Assembly: GCA_045837725.1 (NCBI GenBank)
Contig: JBEWZL010000209.1
Coordinates: 186,001-250,000 of the forward strand
DNA length: 64,000 nt
Source of the DNA: Vermamoeba vermiformis
Taxonomy: Eukaryota
Reading direction: 5' to 3'
Both the position numbers and the translations under genes were made by a program. This document shows positions 60,559 through 64,000 of this stretch, one piece after another. Each line of letters opens with the position of its first letter. Position 1 is the stretch's first letter. A model generated the notes under the pieces. The model saw nothing but the letters and a program-made list of their open reading frames with translations, was not told the origin of the DNA and made no database searches.

Positions 60559-63500
60559 TTATTTTCCAAAAGCCTGAGCCATGAATTGCTGGATCTCCAT
60601 CTTATGTCGGTCATTAGAAGCAGTCGCAGGTGAAGCAGCACTCGCTCTACCAGCATATAATGGCTCAAACTCATCACCTGAATTTTTCAAAGACATTATT
60701 CTTTGGTTTCTATGCATGCAGTATATTTTGAAATATTTATGTTTAATAGTACTCACCTCTAACTTTTCGGCCAGCAGTTTTGATGTGGAAGTACATGAAC
60801 GACCATGCGCCCATATTCTTAGGCTCTGTTATCATAAATAGTGTTAATATCGAGCTCTTAGTAATGTCCATAAAGGAAAAAAAAATTGAAGATCTCGTTA
60901 CCCTCTTGCACCCAGCACACTTGAGCATTCGGATACTTAGAAATAGTTTCAACCATTTGAGTCCAAGGGAATGGATGCAACTGTTCTACGCGCACGACAG
61001 CGACGGTCTTGTCTTGGAGCACCTTATTTCTATGATCGCGCAATTCATAGTAGACTTTGCCTGAACAGAGCAACAACTTGCGGATCTGATCGTCGGACAC
61101 CAAGTCAACATCAGTTTCAGGAATCATTGGCCTATTGAATTAGTATTATATTAATGAGCTGCTCGGAGTAACGCAAATCCTTAGGAGATTTAAAGGACTT
61201 TTCTTGCAAAAAAAAAGAAAATACTTACTGGAATCTGTTGGATCCGTCGAATTGGTTCAAGTCTGATTTGGCTTCAGGATGCCTAATTGCAAGACATGTA
61301 TTAGATTTTGTAATCTTAAGATTTGCGAGCAATTGCTATTTATCAACTTGTCACGGTCGGAATAATTGGAGAGAAGATCCACTAACGAGTGTGAAGTTGA
61401 TATATTAAAAGGGTTCACTTACTTGAGCAAGCTCTTTGGAGCGAGAACCACAAGAGGTTTGCGGAATTTACGAATGATCTGTCGTCGCAACAAGTGGAAG
61501 TAGTTGGCGGGCGTAGTAACATTGCACACTTGCCAATTAGCGGTCTAAAATAAAGTAAGCATACGACGGATCTTTCATTTGGCTACAGTTATCCAGAAAC
61601 TAATTTAATTTGAAATAAAATTATTTTTTGATTATTTTCGCATCTAAAAAAAAAAAAAAAAAAAAAAAAATTGGATCTTATGTTTTCGCGATAAAAATAA
61701 TGATATTGCGGAAGGAATGGCATATATATCGTTTGTAATATCGGAAGTATTGGGTACCTGATCTAACGAAGCCAATTCTTCTCCAGTAGGGAAGCGATCC
61801 GGATCGGAATCACACAGTTGCAAGTAACGCTCCATACGAGAGCTGCTGTGTTCAGGACCACCGCCCTCGTATCCGTGAGGCAACAACATCACTAGGCCAG
61901 ATTGGCGGTGCCATTTCTTCTCGCCAGAGGACAAGAACTGATCAATAATGACTTGGGCTCCGTTGCTAAAGTCACCGAATTCAGCTTCCCAAACAACCAA
62001 TGCATGAGGAGACTCGAGCGAATAGCCCAATTCAAAGCCAAGCACTCCGAACTCACTCAACGTGGAGTCAACAATATCAATGGAGGCCTTGGCACTGGCC
62101 AGTTGTTGAAGAGGGAACCAAGTCTTGCCTGTGTTTTGATCGTGCATGACAGCGTGACGATGAGAGAAGGGACCGCGTTGACTGTCTTGACCGGCAAGAC
62201 GGACGTGATGGCCTTCTAACAACAGAGTCCCAAAGGCCAGTGCTTCGGCAGTAGCCCAATCAAGTCCCTTGCCAGTTTGGAACATTTGCTTCTTAGCTGC
62301 GAGCAATCGACTGGACCCAAAAAATGATCGTCAGTATCAAGGTACATATGGCCGTATATGTTCATAGAAATCTTACGTCAAAATAGGATGAGGAGTGAAA
62401 CCGTCAGGGAGGCTGGTGATGACCTCTCCGATGTACTTAAGGACATCTGTAGGGGCACCAGTACATATGTTCTGGATGCGAGCATCTGTCTTGGGGCCTA
62501 AATTATACGAGTAAGCTATCTACTGCACATTGTTCAATCAATTCGAATTGTCAGATCCGATCCGATCAACGACCGACCGACGTACTCTTAAAGTCCTTCC
62601 ATTTGGACTCCAACCAGTCGCTAGCTATAGGCTTATAGCTCTTGCTCGCTTCCATAGCTTGATTCAAAGTGGCATAGATCCGTTCCTTCATGCGAGAGAA
62701 GGCGTCTTTGTTAGTGAGTCCTTCGTGGGCCAATCGTTCATAATAGTAGTCCAAAGTGGCCTTGTGTTGCGCAATGTTCTTATACATCAACGGTTGAGTG
62801 AATCTAGGTTGGTCTTGTTCGTTATGGCCAAAGCGTCTATTCATTACATTAGATCATAAAAATTTCGAAGAGAAACAGAATTTTTGTAATATTTGAAATA
62901 GCCGATTACGTACCTGTAGCAAATGAGATCAATAACTACAGATTTTTTAAACTACAAATTAAAGCCGTTAGCAAATTGGAGCGGACAGACGAATTTTCCA
63001 AATGCACCTTTTGTCTCCATTCAGTGGCCAACTGGCAAGCATGAACAACTGCTTCGGGGTCGTCTGAATTAACGTGGAATATAGGAGCGCCAATAGACTT
63101 GGCGATATCGGTGCAGTACTAAATAAAAAAATGAGGATCTGCTTTCGTCGATCGGAAAATTAATACGAACGAGAAATAGCTAAATTCTATATAATATATC
63201 ATGTTGCCAAATTAATATTCTTACTAAACCACCACGCGAGTTTTGAGGGTTGGTAGTGAACCCAACTTGATTGTTGATGACAATATGAACGGTACCTCCA
63301 GTAGTGTAGTCAGCAACACCAGCAAAGTTCAAAGTTTCCCAAACAACACCCTAGATAATGAAATAGATCAGCATTATCAAAATATTCGCGTTATCCTAGC
63401 TGTTGTACTAACTATTGGTTAGATGTTGAATTTTCGATCCGAAACTTTTTAATTAAAGGGGGAACTTACTTGACCAGCGAATGAAGCGTCTCCGTGCAAT

Positions 63501-64000
63501 TGAACAGCCATTGATTTGCTTCGCTCAACATCACCGCTGTAGTATTGTTTAGCACGTGTCTTGCCCTCAACAACTGGATCAACAGCCTCCAGGTGCGAAG
63601 GATTGGCCAAGAGCGACAAGTGCACTATCTTGCCACTGCGTGTCGGTCTGTCGTACGAGGTGCCCAAGTGATATTTGACGTCACCAGAGGCCCACTCATC
63701 GTAGATAACAGCACCTTTCTCGAACTCGTAGAACAGCACTTCGAGAGGCTTGCGCACGACGTTGCCGAGCACATTCAACCGACCTCTGTGGGCCATACCA
63801 ATCACAATTGATTCCACGCCAACGTTAGCAGCTGTATCGATCATAGCTTTCATGCCAGGGATCAACGCTTCGCAACCTTCCAGACCAAATCTAAAACAGG
63901 ATCGTTATTCACTTAGAAATTGGTAATTATTTAAATAAAATTGGAAATATCGTCAACATAGATAATAGTTGAAGTGTAGTACGCTAATAATCAGGCCTTA
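60559..64000 (-). CDS. OGDH: 2-oxoglutarate dehydrogenase E1 component, multi-exon; 5' end lies beyond the window
   Basis: [82 protein letters not shown] and [10 protein letters not shown]. Confidence 0.93.

Noticed and set aside
61646-61670. Poly(A) run as a retroposon tail
   Set aside because: It lies in an OGDH intron (poly-T on the sense strand) with no TSD or element body. Treated as a simple homopolymer.
60559-64000. DHTKD1 (2-oxoadipate dehydrogenase) assignment
   Set aside because: [24 protein letters not shown] and FSHRH match OGDH-type sequences better than DHTKD1.

Overview
Gene-dense, intron-rich eukaryotic nuclear DNA from an AT-rich protist, probably an amoebozoan (inferred from gene content and short GT-AG introns; not proven). 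About 27 protein-coding loci were reconstructed by hand across introns, so the supplied ORF track shows only fragments. Housekeeping genes: FANCD2 (partial), HMG-box factor, mitochondrial AlaRS, NF-YA, DENN/ARM protein, SAM methyltransferase, UBE2S, U1-70K, GH35 beta-galactosidase, ITFG2, LIM protein, tRNase Z, LEA_2 protein, SDR, prefoldin 1, DDT/WHIM protein, EGF surface protein, MscS channel and OGDH (partial). The top candidate for a new system is a 595-aa adenylate-kinase-like P-loop kinase fused to an mRNA guanylyltransferase with no triphosphatase domain (36877-38940). This is the architecture of the trypanosome re-capping enzyme Ce1, here apparently outside kinetoplastids and with a putative NLS. 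Other highlights: a 387-aa histone H3/CenH3-like variant hidden across small exons; a catalytically degenerate, frameshifted UBA1-like gene; two adjacent unusual F-box fusions (Kelch-F-box-Rab-like and zf-PARP-F-box-XPA-like); a 616-bp MITE with 34-bp TIRs next to the AlaRS start; a recurrent intronic palindrome (T)GACACGTGTC(A); and a rearranged duplicated locus at 53.5-60.5 kb. No rRNA, tRNA or CRISPR array was recognised. All family assignments come from motif recognition, not database searches.
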